From Squalus acanthias (Eukaryota), in assembly GCA_030390025.1 (NCBI GenBank), contig CM059432.1, positions 59,336,001-59,400,000 of the forward strand: a stretch of 64,000 nucleotides of DNA, written 5' to 3'. Shown here one piece after another: positions 27,242 through 39,264 of the stretch (position 1 is its first letter; each line of letters starts with the position of its first letter). The notes beneath the pieces were generated by a model that made no database searches, was not told the origin of the DNA, and saw nothing but the letters and a program-made list of their open reading frames with translations. A program made the translations under genes and the position numbers.

Positions 27242-29147
27242 CTCTAGACCCACCTTTACTTGTCCCATTACCACCTTTTGATATTGGGTCTGGTCATTTT
27301 GCAGACGTCCGCAGCAGCCACCTAAAACAGGCGTCAGGCTTCTTGCATATACCAATGAGGGGCTTATTGTCTGCTTTAGGCCCGATGCTGGGCCTGCTCT
27401 GCTCAGGCTTTGCTGGCATAGATGCAGCTCATCAAGTGGCCGCCACTAAATAAAGTATGTTTAAATGTTTTTTTAAGTTTTGATGTGGAGCCTGCATGAG
27501 CAGGAGTGCGATATTGCAGACGGACAAGCTGCCCGTGCAGGCACAATAGGCACCGGCACCTGGACTAGTTTATTTAGAGGAGGCCCGAGGCCCAATCTCA
27601 GACCTCCCGATTCGGGCACATGTTGCGAACGTAGCTCTGTCTTTGCACCTGAAACCGAGTCTGACGAATTTCTACCCCTTAATATCCAAGAAGCATTTAG
27701 TAATTAAAGTACAACAGTAAACTAATTTAAGGCAATGTGTCTTTTCACGGGGCCATTTTTAGTACCTCCATTCTTACTTTGTTTTTCACGCTACCACCTA
27801 ATACCTGTAATATTAGGAGGAGCTGGGTTGAATTTGCACAGAGGGGATAGTAAGTGTGCAAATAAGAATTAAATACTTTGGTTACCACACCTTAATCATC
27901 AGGCCCATGTTATTTTTGTCCAATAAACAAATATTTGATTAATGTCTCCTGCTGTTTTTGGCAATACTGTAGTACAATAGGATGTTAGACCATTAAAGAG
28001 GAAGTGCGATGTTACAGAAATCAATAGTGTTGTTTGCTAAAATCTGAAAGAGCAAAGGATGGCAGAAACACTTAAATCAGACATTGTCTAGCCAGGTGAC
28101 AGCTGCCTGTAATAAATATTGACTGTGTTTATTGCATCCGAGCCCTCGTCACCCAACTGTAGTCAGTCAGACAGTGAAAATAACTACCTCGTGTTTAATG
28201 AAAAAGTCAGCCTCTGCAGAGCAGCGTTTTCTGTTCTGTACTAACGCTATTTAGGTAAAATTATCGACAGGAATAATTTCACCAATATTCTTTGCTTATA
28301 TGCACAGCCCATCTTGTTTTCAACTCAATTTTAAACAGTTTATTTTGCAGAAACATTTACCACAACAATTGGCTACAGTCAATACAATTAGACCTGCAGC
28401 TGTATAATAATAATGTATTATTCTTGATTCAAAGACTGAAGATTATAGCCTTCTGAAAAATGGATGAAACCCCAGTTTTACCCGTGAGGGTCGTTAATAT
28501 AAACGGGCTGCAGTGTGAAATCTTGCCAAAGAATCATGTACAGATGCATCCAGAACCAGCTACAGGTTTATCTCAGAAAAGCAGATCGGCAAAGAATTAA
28601 TTCTGAAAATTCTCACAAAACTAAGAATATCAATCTGTGTGACACAATCTTCTGATGAACAGGAAGTGATTAGTACTTTGCCTTTCTGAACAAAATTTGG
28701 TAAGTTTGTACTGAGTGAAATTCATTGATGGTGCCCACTCCAAGGCTGGTGTGATCACTATCTTACTGGGCAGACAGTTCATTACAAATGATTTGCAACA
28801 ACAAAAAATGTGAAAATTAACAGGCAAAATGATTCCTGTATGTTTACCCAGCTTCTGCCTGGTTACTCCATCTGCACTAGCTATCCAACCCAGTGGGAAT
28901 GGCTTATTGTCCAAGAGTGGATTACATTCATTGGAGAGATGGGGCAACAGAAACGTAAAGTCCAGCCTAATCTTAAAATTAGAACTAAGGTGGTGAAAAG
29001 CAAATCCAGCAAAACATTTCTTCGCACAAAGAGTTTATGAATATGGAATGCACTGCTAAAGAAGGCCATAGAAGCAGAATCAATTGAGTTCTTTAAAAAG
29101 AGAGAGATAATATTTTCAACTCCCAAGTGAGTATCTAAGGAGGTATC

Positions 29148-29871
29148 GGCCCAGAAATTGATCTCGCTCTGTTCCCGCAGGGGTAAGGAGCAGGCGCGAT
29201 CTCTCACTCCGCGTTGGCTTTTTCAGATCCAGCTCGCACGAACTTGATGTTCTAGACATCAGCTGGGCAGTGCTTGCGTATCCCACCGGCGTAGTGAATT
29301 CATGCGAGCTGTGGGATCACGTGACTCAGTTAGAGCCAATGGCAGCACACCATCTTCCATTCATAAGTTTCACATACGTGCTGTGAAAGCTATGAATCTT
29401 ACACACCCCCAAAATAACAGCTAAACCTCAATTAAATTTAAAAAAAAAATCACATTAATAAAATAAGTATAGTTAAATAAATTAACCATTTTAAATAAAA
29501 AAATTAAATTTTTGAAAAAATTTAAAATCTTTTAAAAAGTTATAAAAATAAACTTACCTGTCTTTAAAGTCTCTAAAAAAGATATACCTGTTAAAAAAAT
29601 TCAAAATAATACTTAATTCACTACTTACCTTGTTAAAAGTGGGTCTTACTCCTCCTTTTTTCGTTTCTAAAATCTTCCGTCCTTACCTGCGCGTCCAAAG
29701 CACTAAGTGCACAGCGTGCGCGCAGCCTGTAGCGCGCACGCGGTGCACCGAGGAACCGCCCCCTTTTCCAAAGACCAAGTGCCGGTTTTCAGCGCATGCG
29801 CAGTGCATGCAGAAAACCGGCAATTGCAGAGAGAATACGCGAGAGTACGCAGCGGGATCAATTTTTGGCCC
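29148..29871 (-). mobile_element. Harbinger-type MITE, inverted sibling of 17202-17941
   Basis: TIR GGCCCAGAAATTGATC / GATCAATTTTTGGCCC; the reverse complement aligns along its length with 17202-17941. Confidence 0.9.
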
Positions 29872-32045
29872 CAAATATTCTCCCAGGTGCCACAAAAACC
29901 AGCAAAGCACCACACAGTGAGCACAATGCTTGCCGTTTCCAGCAGGGCTGATCTTGGGATTCCCCGGGGTTGGCCCTCTTGACTTATTCCAGGCATGGAC
30001 TAGCAAGAGCTGCTGGAAAAATGAACGGGATGCAGCAATTTAAAAGTAAATGGACGCATGGAGGGGGCGGGGGGGGAAGGCTGTTTAGTCTTTAAAAAGG
30101 ATGTGAATGTTTCCTCTTTATATTTTGCACTTTTCCAAAGGCTGTTTGGGACACAAGACATGGCTGACAAAATAAATGTGGAAGCAGCAAATGAAATCCA
30201 CAGGCAAGTAATGGAGCAGTGGAGCACCTGAACCTCAAGCTTGATGACTGGAGAAGTATAGGTGCTGCTGCATGAAGGTTGCCCTGTTTCACACTCCAGG
30301 GCCATCATTCCCAGAAGACAGCAATGCAGCATGCCTGCCAGGAGGTGGTGGCAAAAATAAACTGAGGGAGGAGGTTACTAACTATCACTGGCGGTGCCTT
30401 TCCTTCTGGTGCAGGATGGCTGCAGATAGCATAAATCTGTAACTGGCTCCGTGCTAATCCAGAGCCTATGAAGCAGTTCCTCACCGTCACCGCCAGGTAG
30501 GTGTGCCAGGACCTGCAGATGCAGGTGCAGGGAAGCTGGCTCCAGTGCCTACTGATCTTTCTGGCGTGTCTTTTTTGATTTTGTACCACTTCAACCATGA
30601 AATATTGTAATTGGGCTGCAATAAAAAAAGCTCCAAATATATATTCTTTTAAATTGATGAAAAATGTTTTCATAAAAACACCAGCATTAACCTGTATTAA
30701 AAACAAAAAAAAACTAAAAAGCCTCAGACTCGTTAAGATCTCGGTTACTCGTGAGTGCCAAAAATCCACAGGCCTTTGATTCCAGCATACGTTCTACCCC
30801 AAACAAGGCCCTGCAGAAACTGTGAAAAGCCAAGAGCCTAATTTCCAGCACTTATGCCACACTCCTGCCGGGCCTACAGCGGGAGTGCACAGGAAGGGCT
30901 GTGGATTGTCAGCCCCACTCCCTTGGGCTCATTGTAGATGGGCAAACTGACCCATAAGACACAAAAGGCTCAATTTCAATGCTTAATGATGTTTAAATGA
31001 AGCTCTGGCTCATTCTCAGCATGAGCACTTTCAATCAGTTTACCCATCAGAAATTCTCAGTATTGCCGACGTGATTTCAGAGTGAAATAAAACGATGGAA
31101 CGTCAAAAATCGCTCTTTTTTGCGGGGGGTGGGGGTGGGGGGGGGGGGGGGGGGGGGAAATACGCCGATTTGCGCGTGCTGGTTGAGAGAGTGATGTTGA
31201 TCCATGCAAATCGACATTTATCCCGAAATTTGCCAATACTGCTCTCAGCAGTCAGTGTTGGAGAGTTTTATTTTTGAACTATTTTATTCTCCGTTTGAAC
31301 GTCACAGTTTGATTGGTTGAATGAAGATGATTGTGAGATTGTAATAAAGACTGAAAAATTTAATCTAAAGCAGTTCCACAGGTAAATCCCCCGATTGTTA
31401 AGTGGCTGCCTGAGCGGGTAGAGGGAACGGTGGGTGTTGTGCGCTGATCCAAACAGATCAGCAATAAAAGCACAGATTGCTGGCCGCTGCCGAGTGGGCG
31501 GATCTCAGCCGGAGCACTGACCCGTTCAGGAGACTCTGTAATTGGCCTCAATACCCAGGTACTCCGGAGGACAAACTCACAGCTGCTGCTCACGATCACT
31601 ACTACCTGTTGCAAAATGTGAGTGTGCGGACTCTGTGAGCCGTGACCTGTTAGCGATTAAATAAAGCCACTAATGAGGTTTATAAACCAAAAAGTAGATT
31701 TCTTACCAAATCTCATGGTTTTTAAGAGTTTATCTCTCTTGATTTACGAGACGGTGGGATTGGCTGAATTACTGATTTACTGAATTCTTGCTCTGCGCAG
31801 TAGCATGGACCTGGCTGTACAGCTTAGTCAGATTTTCTGGTCCCCCAGCAGCTGATCTGCTCCTGCCATGGGTTAGGACTGAAAATTCTACAGTGAGACC
31901 ATGGAAATAACAATGAAAAAGAACCGCTAACAAAATAGGCCAAATGATGTACTTACTCATGATCCTGCTCCTAATTTAAAATTGCTGAATTTGCAACTTT
32001 GAGCAAGAATTGAAGCACTGAATAGTGTCATGAGAAGTCTGTATA

Positions 32046-32507
32046 GAAAGACTTGCATTTATATAGCGCCTTTCACGACCACCGGACGTCTCAAAGCGCT
32101 TTACAGCCAATGAAGTACTTTTGAAGTTTAGTCACTATTGTAATGTGGGAAACGCGGCAGCCAATTTGCGCACAGCAAGCTCCCACAAACAGCAATGTGA
32201 TAATGACCATAAATCTGTTTTTGTTATGTTGGTTGAGGGATAAATATTGGCCATGAGACCAGGGATAACTCCCCTGCTCTTCTTTGAAATAGTGTCATGG
32301 GATATTTTACGTCCACCTGAGAGAGCAGACAGGGCCTCGGTTTAACATCTCATCCGAAAGACGGCACCTCCGACAGCGCAGCTCTCCCTCAGCACTGCAC
32401 TGGACTATCAGTTTAGCTTTGTGTGTGCAAACCCCTGGAGTGGGACTTGAACCCACAACCTTCTGACTCAGAGGCGAGTGTGCTACCAACTGAGCCACAG
32501 CTGACAC
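32046..32507 (-). mobile_element. Full-length tRNA-derived DeuSINE (SacSINE1-like)
   Basis: Minus strand has an A box (TGGCTCAGTTGG), a B box (GGTTCAAGTCC) and the Deu-domain core GCCGTCTTTCGGATGAGATGTTAAACCGAGG...CCCATGACACTATTTC. Confidence 0.88.
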
Positions 32508-35500
32508 TACTGGATATAAGGAAACAATTTGTTTGCACTTAATTAAATGTTCCAGTTCGGTGTTCCATGATAATGCAGTGTTCAGAGAACGGTCAAAGAT
32601 GGGAGAAATGTCATTGTTACAATCTGGGCCCTCTCCCCACACTCCTCCTTGTGCTTACGGCAAAAAGCGGTTTCCATAGGCAGACCTGCACCTCCTATGA
32701 ACCAAAATTTCACCTGATGCCTGCAGTGAATGGGATGTAAGGAATCTCTAGGCTAACAATTTACTCTTTTACCAATGGCTTATACTAGAAACAATACTGA
32801 TTGCCCACAATACGTACCTAATCTCTCCAAAAGGCAGAAAACATCACACTGAGACAGTAACAACGACAACTTGTGTTTATATGGGCCTGGAATTCACTGC
32901 AATGGGGATATTGGCAACGGATGCCATAAGTTAGACCGGTGAGCACCCTAATGCTCAGCAAATTTACGCCAAAATTTGCTGGAGAACTAATTAGAATATG
33001 ACAGCGGAAAATCTGAATTAGCACGGCCTATGTATTGATCCCGCTGCCACTTACTTTCCTATTAATAGCGGATTGAAATAAGTCATATCGCTCTGCATCG
33101 TACTTCTATTTTAAATCTGCACTTTAATAAACATGGCACACCAAGCATTCCATTGTGGCAAAATTCTAACTATTTAGGTAATAGCACTAGCGATGTTAAT
33201 GCCACTTACTATTATTTAAAGTACACTTTTATTCATTAAAAATTTTTCTAGGAGTTGTTGATATGTTTTGCATCTGTCTGCAGAATAAATGGGCAATCTG
33301 GTTGCCTTCTCTAAAATTCTTCTTGAAATTCGATAGAAACCACCTGCTTGTGCGTCTGTCGTTAATTTGTTGACTTGGGGTCTTGACTCGCACCAGAAAA
33401 TGAACTAACTGAAGATGTCATCGGTTTTGACAAAGTCCTTGGTTAAATGGGTCAAATAAGACAACTTTGAGAGATTTTTGAAGCATGTGCACGTTCATTT
33501 GCGCATGCAAGAGAGACTGACCTGGAAATTCGGGAGCGCCCATTTTTGGCCATTCGGGACCATGTCACAGTGTCTCTCAGGTAAAAGAGTCCGGTCCGGA
33601 GATGTGAGGGGTGGGGGGCCAGACAACGCAGGACCGTGCGTCGGGGCAGGAGTCGGGAGAGAATCAGAAGGGTCCTTTAATGTGGGGATCCCTGCTCCTC
33701 CTGGCTCCACATTCAGGTAAGTTACTTACCTTCTGTGTTGCAGACGTTCCATGGGGTTGGTTTCCCTGATTGCAGCCCACGATGGCGCTGGCTGCCTCAG
33801 GGCAAACCAACATTGGAGCGGGGACCTCAAGGAGGAGCGAGGCCCCTTATTTGCATATGCAAAGGGGCGAACGTCTGCTTCAGGCGTGAGTAAAGAACGC
33901 CTCGTTTGCCCTTACCCAATATAGCGGGTGGCACTCTTCCAGCCGAAGTGTGCATGCACTTCCTTCCAGTCAGTTTGGGGCCTTAGTAGGCTGCGTAGCA
34001 GCTGGAAAATCTCTTTAAAAGGACAAAGCTCCATATATGTCAGACGTATTAATGGGAGAGTGCGACAAAATGTTTAACATTTCTGATGTAGACCAACGAT
34101 CTCAATCACGGCAATAATTGAAAAATAATGATGCACCAGGCCAATATCCGGAAACTGTTCTAACATTTTTTATATTTTCAGAAGATCTTGGTTGGACCAA
34201 TGCCTCAATTTTTGATCAACATAAACAATTATTTATTAGTGCGGACTTTTAATTTCAGATATCTCCATCTGCGCTCCGAGATTGTGTAACAATCCTAAGG
34301 CTTTAAAGGGGCCCCAGCTTAAAAATAGCTGTGTTCAGGGTTTTTGCTGGATTCATCGAGTCAATTTATATCAAAGGATCAGGCTACTTTCCAACTCGAT
34401 AGCTTTGTATCGATTAAGGGAAAAATCCGGATTACTTTGATAGTTTCCCAATAATATGAATTACATGCAAATTTGGGTCAATAAGCAAGAGTTTGTGTGT
34501 GGCCTGTGCTGAGCTCCGCAAAGACGCCCAAACTCTGGAAAATACAACTTGTTTCCTGAAATACAAGTCCACAAATAACGTCTCCAACACCATCATTATC
34601 GAAGTGGCAGCAGCATGAAGAATGGCTTAAATGCAGCAAATTTGTGATCACCATTGATTTTAATGGGTATTAGAAGTACCTACTAACTTTTCAGCAAGGG
34701 GTAATGATGGAGTGGTGCAATAGTCCCTGCAAATTATGGCGTGGTGTAAGTAATGACATAAGTCATAATTTGTGGAATTTCTACACTAGAATAATGGCGT
34801 ACGCCATAACTATGGTGAACAAACCAAGGTTCCCACTCAGTTACAGCTGTTCCAGTCAGCTTCTCACATCACAGACTTAAAAAGTCTTCCTCACTAAACA
34901 AATTTCTTTGAAGCAGCCCAGAGACGCTTTCTCCACAGGCAGGTAACCAAGCTTTTAAATCAATTATATTTTTCAGGCAGACAGAGGATGCATTGTCACC
35001 CACTCCCCTCATCTGCTTGATTACTAGGGCAATGCCTGTGACCTACTTTCCCCATAAACAGTTTAGTCAACATATCGAACAGCTTAGTTGCTCCAAAGTG
35101 ACAACTTACACTGCAAGCATGCCTGTATTTAGCATTTCAGAGACCAGGAATATTGCGGATGCATTTGACTGTAGTATAGGCAACTGAGAGTCCAATAGAA
35201 GATCAGCTGGCCACCTCCCTCCAATACCAATCTCGAGATTTTGAGCATTTGCTTCACTTAGAACCTCTCGAGCCAAAAAGACAAAGGAAAATTTAACAAA
35301 ACCAGCAGAAATGACTTCCACTTTCAAATTTCCAGTATGTTGGCCTCATTCCAATTTAAAATGATAGAACATAAAAATGTTATCATTTGAAACAGGCTCC
35401 ATCCCTATTGCTCTCACTGCCAAGCCTGTGTCAATATGTGAGCAGACAGTAAGAATTATTGAGAAGGACATTTTTAAATCTGAATCATTCAAAATTGGGG

Positions 35501-35931
35501 AAAATATTAGATTTACAGTATTAAAAATAAAATTCAATTTGAATACCTGTAATATTGAATTAAATGGCACCGAACAGACAATTTACGAAGCTGCCATTTT
35601 GTTCTGATTAGCTACATGAAATGACATAATGGCAGTAACGAGCCATATGTTGTGCACCACTCCACTCTGAAAGTAGCTGAAAGGCACTGAAAGACAGCTA
35701 AAGAGAAAGATCCCAATATGGCACATTTACATAGTGCTTTTCACATCGTCAGGCGATCCCAAAGTGCTTCACATCCAATAAACGATGTTTGAAGTGTAAT
35801 CACAATTTGTACACAGCAAGGTTCCACAAACAACAAATGAGAGAAACTTCCAGCTAATCTTTATTGGTGGTGTTGTTTGAAGGAAAAATACTGGCCGGGA
35901 CATTGGGAGAACTCCCCGCTCTTCTTCAAAT

Positions 35932-36129
35932 AGTGAGAAGTCGCACAACACCAGGTTATAGTCCAATAGCTTTATTTGAAATCACAAGCTTTCGGAGCAC
36001 TGCTCCTCGTCAGGTGACGAAGGAGCAGCACTCCGAAAGCTTGTGATTTCAAATAAAGCTGTTGGACTATAACCTGGTGTTGTGTGACTTCTCACTTTTG
36101 TCCACCCCAGTCCAACACCGGCATCTCCG
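35932..36129. mobile_element. About 200-bp palindromic Penelope family A insertion
   Basis: About 80-bp inverted arms plus a 3' tail (TTTGTCCACCCCAGTCCAACACCGGCATCTCCG). TSD CTTCTTCAAAT(AGTG) at 35921 and 36130. Confidence 0.88.
35982..36017 (-). ncRNA. Minimal hammerhead ribozyme motif (Penelope family A)
   Basis: Minus strand reads TCAC-CTGACGA-GGAGC/AGT/GCTCC-GAA-AGCT-T-GTGA. Confidence 0.75.
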
Positions 36130-36629
36130 CTTCTTCAAATAGTGCCATGGGATCTTTTACATCTATCTGAACAGAATTAATGTCTCATCTGAAAGACAGG
36201 ACCTCCGACAACACCGTACAACCTCAGTACAGCAATGCAGTATTAGCCTAGATACTGGGCACAAATGCTGGATTGGGGCTTAAACCCACAATCTTCTGAC
36301 TCAGAGGCCAGATTTCTACCACTGAACCAAGCTGACACTTTTGGCTATTTCTGTCTTATGTTGATGTTTTCTATCTGGCATGTCTATCCTAGAATCATAG
36401 AATTTTACAGCACAGAAGGTAGCCATTTAGCCCATTGCATCTGTGACGGCTCTCTAAAAGAGTTACCCAATTAGTCCCATTCCACATACTCTTAGATTTT
36501 ACTTTTTAAAATATTTATCCACTTTCTTTTTGAAAGCTACTATGGATTCTGAATGAAGAGCATTCCATGTTCTAACAACCCACTGTATGAAGAAAAATTC
36601 TTCTAAACACTCCCTTTATTCATTTGGTG

Positions 36630-38120
36630 ACAAGGAGGATAGTAACAGACTTCAGGACATAGACAGACTGGTGAAATGGGCAGACATGTGGCAGATGAAA
36701 TTTTGGTAGGAAGAATGAGGAGAGGCAATATAAACTACATGTTACAACTTTAAAGGGGGTGCAGGAACAAGAGAGACCTGGGGATGCACGTACACAAGTC
36801 TTTGAAGGTGGCAGAAGTGGAGAAGGCTGTGAAAATGGCATACGGGATCCTTGGCTTTATAGATAGTGGCATATAGTGCAAAAGCAAGAAAGTTATGGTA
36901 AATCTTTATAAAACACTGGTTAGGCTAGGGTGACTATTTTTTCTAAACCAAATCCAGGGTGGGAGCACCGCAAAGCAGCAAGGATGGAAAATGTAGGTGG
37001 CGCAGTGTAGTGGGGCAACTTTTCTAGCAGCCTATGTATTAACAGTTGCACATATACACTGCAAATGCAAAACAAATTTGCATATAATTACCGCAGATGT
37101 GACATCACACTATTGAAGTGCATTCAGACATCGGACATCGCCAACCCACCCCCCCGTGACTGAGGTCACACCTGGCCCCTCCCCCCCAGTGACTGAGGTC
37201 ACACCAGACCCCTCCCCCCCAGTGACTAAGGTCACACCTAAACCCCCAACCGCCAGTGATGTTGGTCAAACCTGACCACGACCTCTTCCCCCCCACCATC
37301 CCCCACCCCCCTCACACAGTGTCTAGGATTAGCCTGCCCCCACTTTCCCTGGTGACTGACCTCCCCCGCAGCCTCTCCATCACCTGCTCCGGTTGACATG
37401 CTCCCAGGCACTTTCGCCGCTGACAGTCCAGCAGCACGAGCTTGGCCAAAATACTTGAAACTCAGAAACAACAACCTGCACATGCGCTGAGACCCCGCCC
37501 AATCGCGCATGCGCAGTGAGTCACTCTGGCCACTGTATAAGTTGCTGTTTACTTTAGCCTTAGAGCCGCAAACTCACAGCTCGGGGGTTACACTCACTGC
37601 CCAAGGGGTACACTTCGGGGATGCGTTTTGTAAACCGGGGACATTGTTTGCCTGGGGACACAGTACCTCATACGGGACTGTCCCCGGAAAACGGGGACGT
37701 ATGGTCACTCTACGTTAGGCCCTAGCTGGAGCATTGTGGCCAATTCTGGGCACCACACTTTAGGAAGGATGTCAAGGCCTTAGAAAGTGTGCAGAGAAGA
37801 TTTGGAGAGACTAGAGAAACTGGGGTTGTTCTCTTTAGAGCAGAGAAGATTAAGGGGATATCTGATAGAGGTGTTCCAAATCATGAAAGGTTTTGATAGA
37901 GTAAGGAAGGAGAAATTGCTTCCAGTGGCAGAAAGGAACCAGAGGACACAGATTTAAGGTAACTGGCAAAATAATCAGAGGAGACATGAGAAATCTTTTT
38001 TACAAAGCCAACAGTTATGATCTGGAACACACTGCCTGAAAGGGTGATGGAAGCAAATTCAATAGCAACGTTCAAAAAGGAATTGGATAAATACTTGAAA
38101 AGGAAAAAAATTGCAGGGCA
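36630..38120 (+). mobile_element. Old CR1 3' fragment split by a hAT MITE
   Basis: The CR1 sequence AAAACACTGGTTAGGC...CCTAGCTGGAGCATTGTGGCCAATTCTGGGCACC is restored across the insert. Confidence 0.8.
36926..37712 (+). mobile_element. Second copy of the hAT MITE
   Basis: Ends TAGGGTGACT / GGTCACTCTA and 8-bp TSD GGTTAGGC / CGTTAGGC. Colinear with 25801-27241 but has only ~3 repeat units. Confidence 0.9.
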
Positions 38121-38126
38121 ATGAAA

Positions 38127-38592
38127 AGAAAGACTTGCATTTTTTTAAGCGGCTTTCACGACCACCAGACGTCTCAAAGCCCTTTACAGTCAATGAAGTA
38201 CTTTTGAAGTGGAGTCACTGTTGTAATGTGGGAAACGTGGCAGCCAATTTGCGCTCAGCAAGGTCCCACAAACAGCAATGTGATAATGACCAGATAATCT
38301 GTTTTTGTTATGTTGGCTGAGAGATAAATATTGGCCAGGACACCGGGGATAACTCCCCTGCTCTTCTTCGAAATAGTGCCATGGGATCTTTTACATCCAC
38401 CTGAGAGAGCAGACGGGACCTCGGTTTAACGTCTCATCCAAAAGACAGGACCTCCGACAGTGCAGCGCTCCCTCAGCACTGCACTGGAGTGTCAGCCTAG
38501 CTTTATGTGCTCAAGTCCCTGGAGTGGGACTATGAACCCACAACCTTCTGACTCAGAGGCGAGTGTGCTACCCACTGAGCCACAGCTGACAC
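38127..38592 (-). mobile_element. Full-length DeuSINE
   Basis: High similarity to 32046-32507 over the full length. Confidence 0.88.
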
Positions 38593-39264
38593 TGTGGGGA
38601 AAGAGCAGGGGAGTGACACTAATTGGATTAACTCTTTCAAAAAGCCGACACAGGCACGATAAGCCAAATGGACTCTTTCTGTGCTGTATCATTCTATGAT
38701 TCTATGATATGAAATTTATACCCTCTAGTTACTGACTCATCAACCAGTGGGGATAGATTTTTGTTGATTTATCTCATCAAAACCTCTCAATTTTGAAGAC
38801 CTCAATCAGATCTCCTCTTAACCTTCTTTGTTCCAACGAAAACAGCTGCAGTTTCTCTCGTTTCCCCTCATAATTAAAGCTCCTCATCCTTGGTATCATC
38901 TTAGTGAATCTCTTCTGCACCCTCTCCATGGCCTTGACATCGTCCCTAAATTAAAGCACCGAAGACTGGACTCAATATTCTAATTACAGCCTATCCAAAG
39001 ATGTGTATAGGTTAGCACTACCTTTTGCTTTTGTACTCTAAACAACTATTTATAAAGCCTATGATCCTATTTGCATTTTCTTAGTTTTGTCAACTTGTCC
39101 TCCCACTTCTAAAGATTTGAACTGCCAAATCTTCCGCTCCTCTACTCCATTTAAAGTTTTATAATTTAGTTTATATGTCCTCTCCTTATTTATCCTTCCA
39201 AATATATCATCTCTCAATGCTCCACATTAACTTACATTAACTTAAAAAAAAAATAATAATAAAA

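Larger units (their letters stand above)
25460..27279 (+). mobile_element. Penelope-like GIY-YIG endonuclease fragment interrupted by a hAT MITE
   Basis: GLLYIGETKRRLDDRFAEHLRSV...HFNS..HSHSDL, homologous to 54642-55005. Candidate duplication GATATTGGGTC at 25448-25458 and 27280-27290. Confidence 0.8.
35715..36340 (-). mobile_element. Diverged DeuSINE hosting a Penelope mini-palindrome
   Basis: Colinear with 32046-32507 once 35932-36129 is removed. Confidence 0.8.

Noticed and set aside
28080..28300. Possible conserved non-coding enhancer (TGACAG and AT-rich homeobox-like words)
   Set aside because: Short motifs like these occur by chance; conservation cannot be judged without alignments.
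17202..29871. One giant element bounded by 740-bp inverted repeats
   Set aside because: Each copy has its own TIRs and the left copy has its own TSD, so they are independent insertions.
32430..32507. tRNA gene
   Set aside because: The A and B boxes belong to the SINE head, which continues into the Deu domain and recurs at the other SINE copies.
35106..35327. Minus-strand ORF ending at a GTAAGT donor as a coding exon
   Set aside because: The acceptor is weak and I recognise no protein similarity; unsupported without RNA data.
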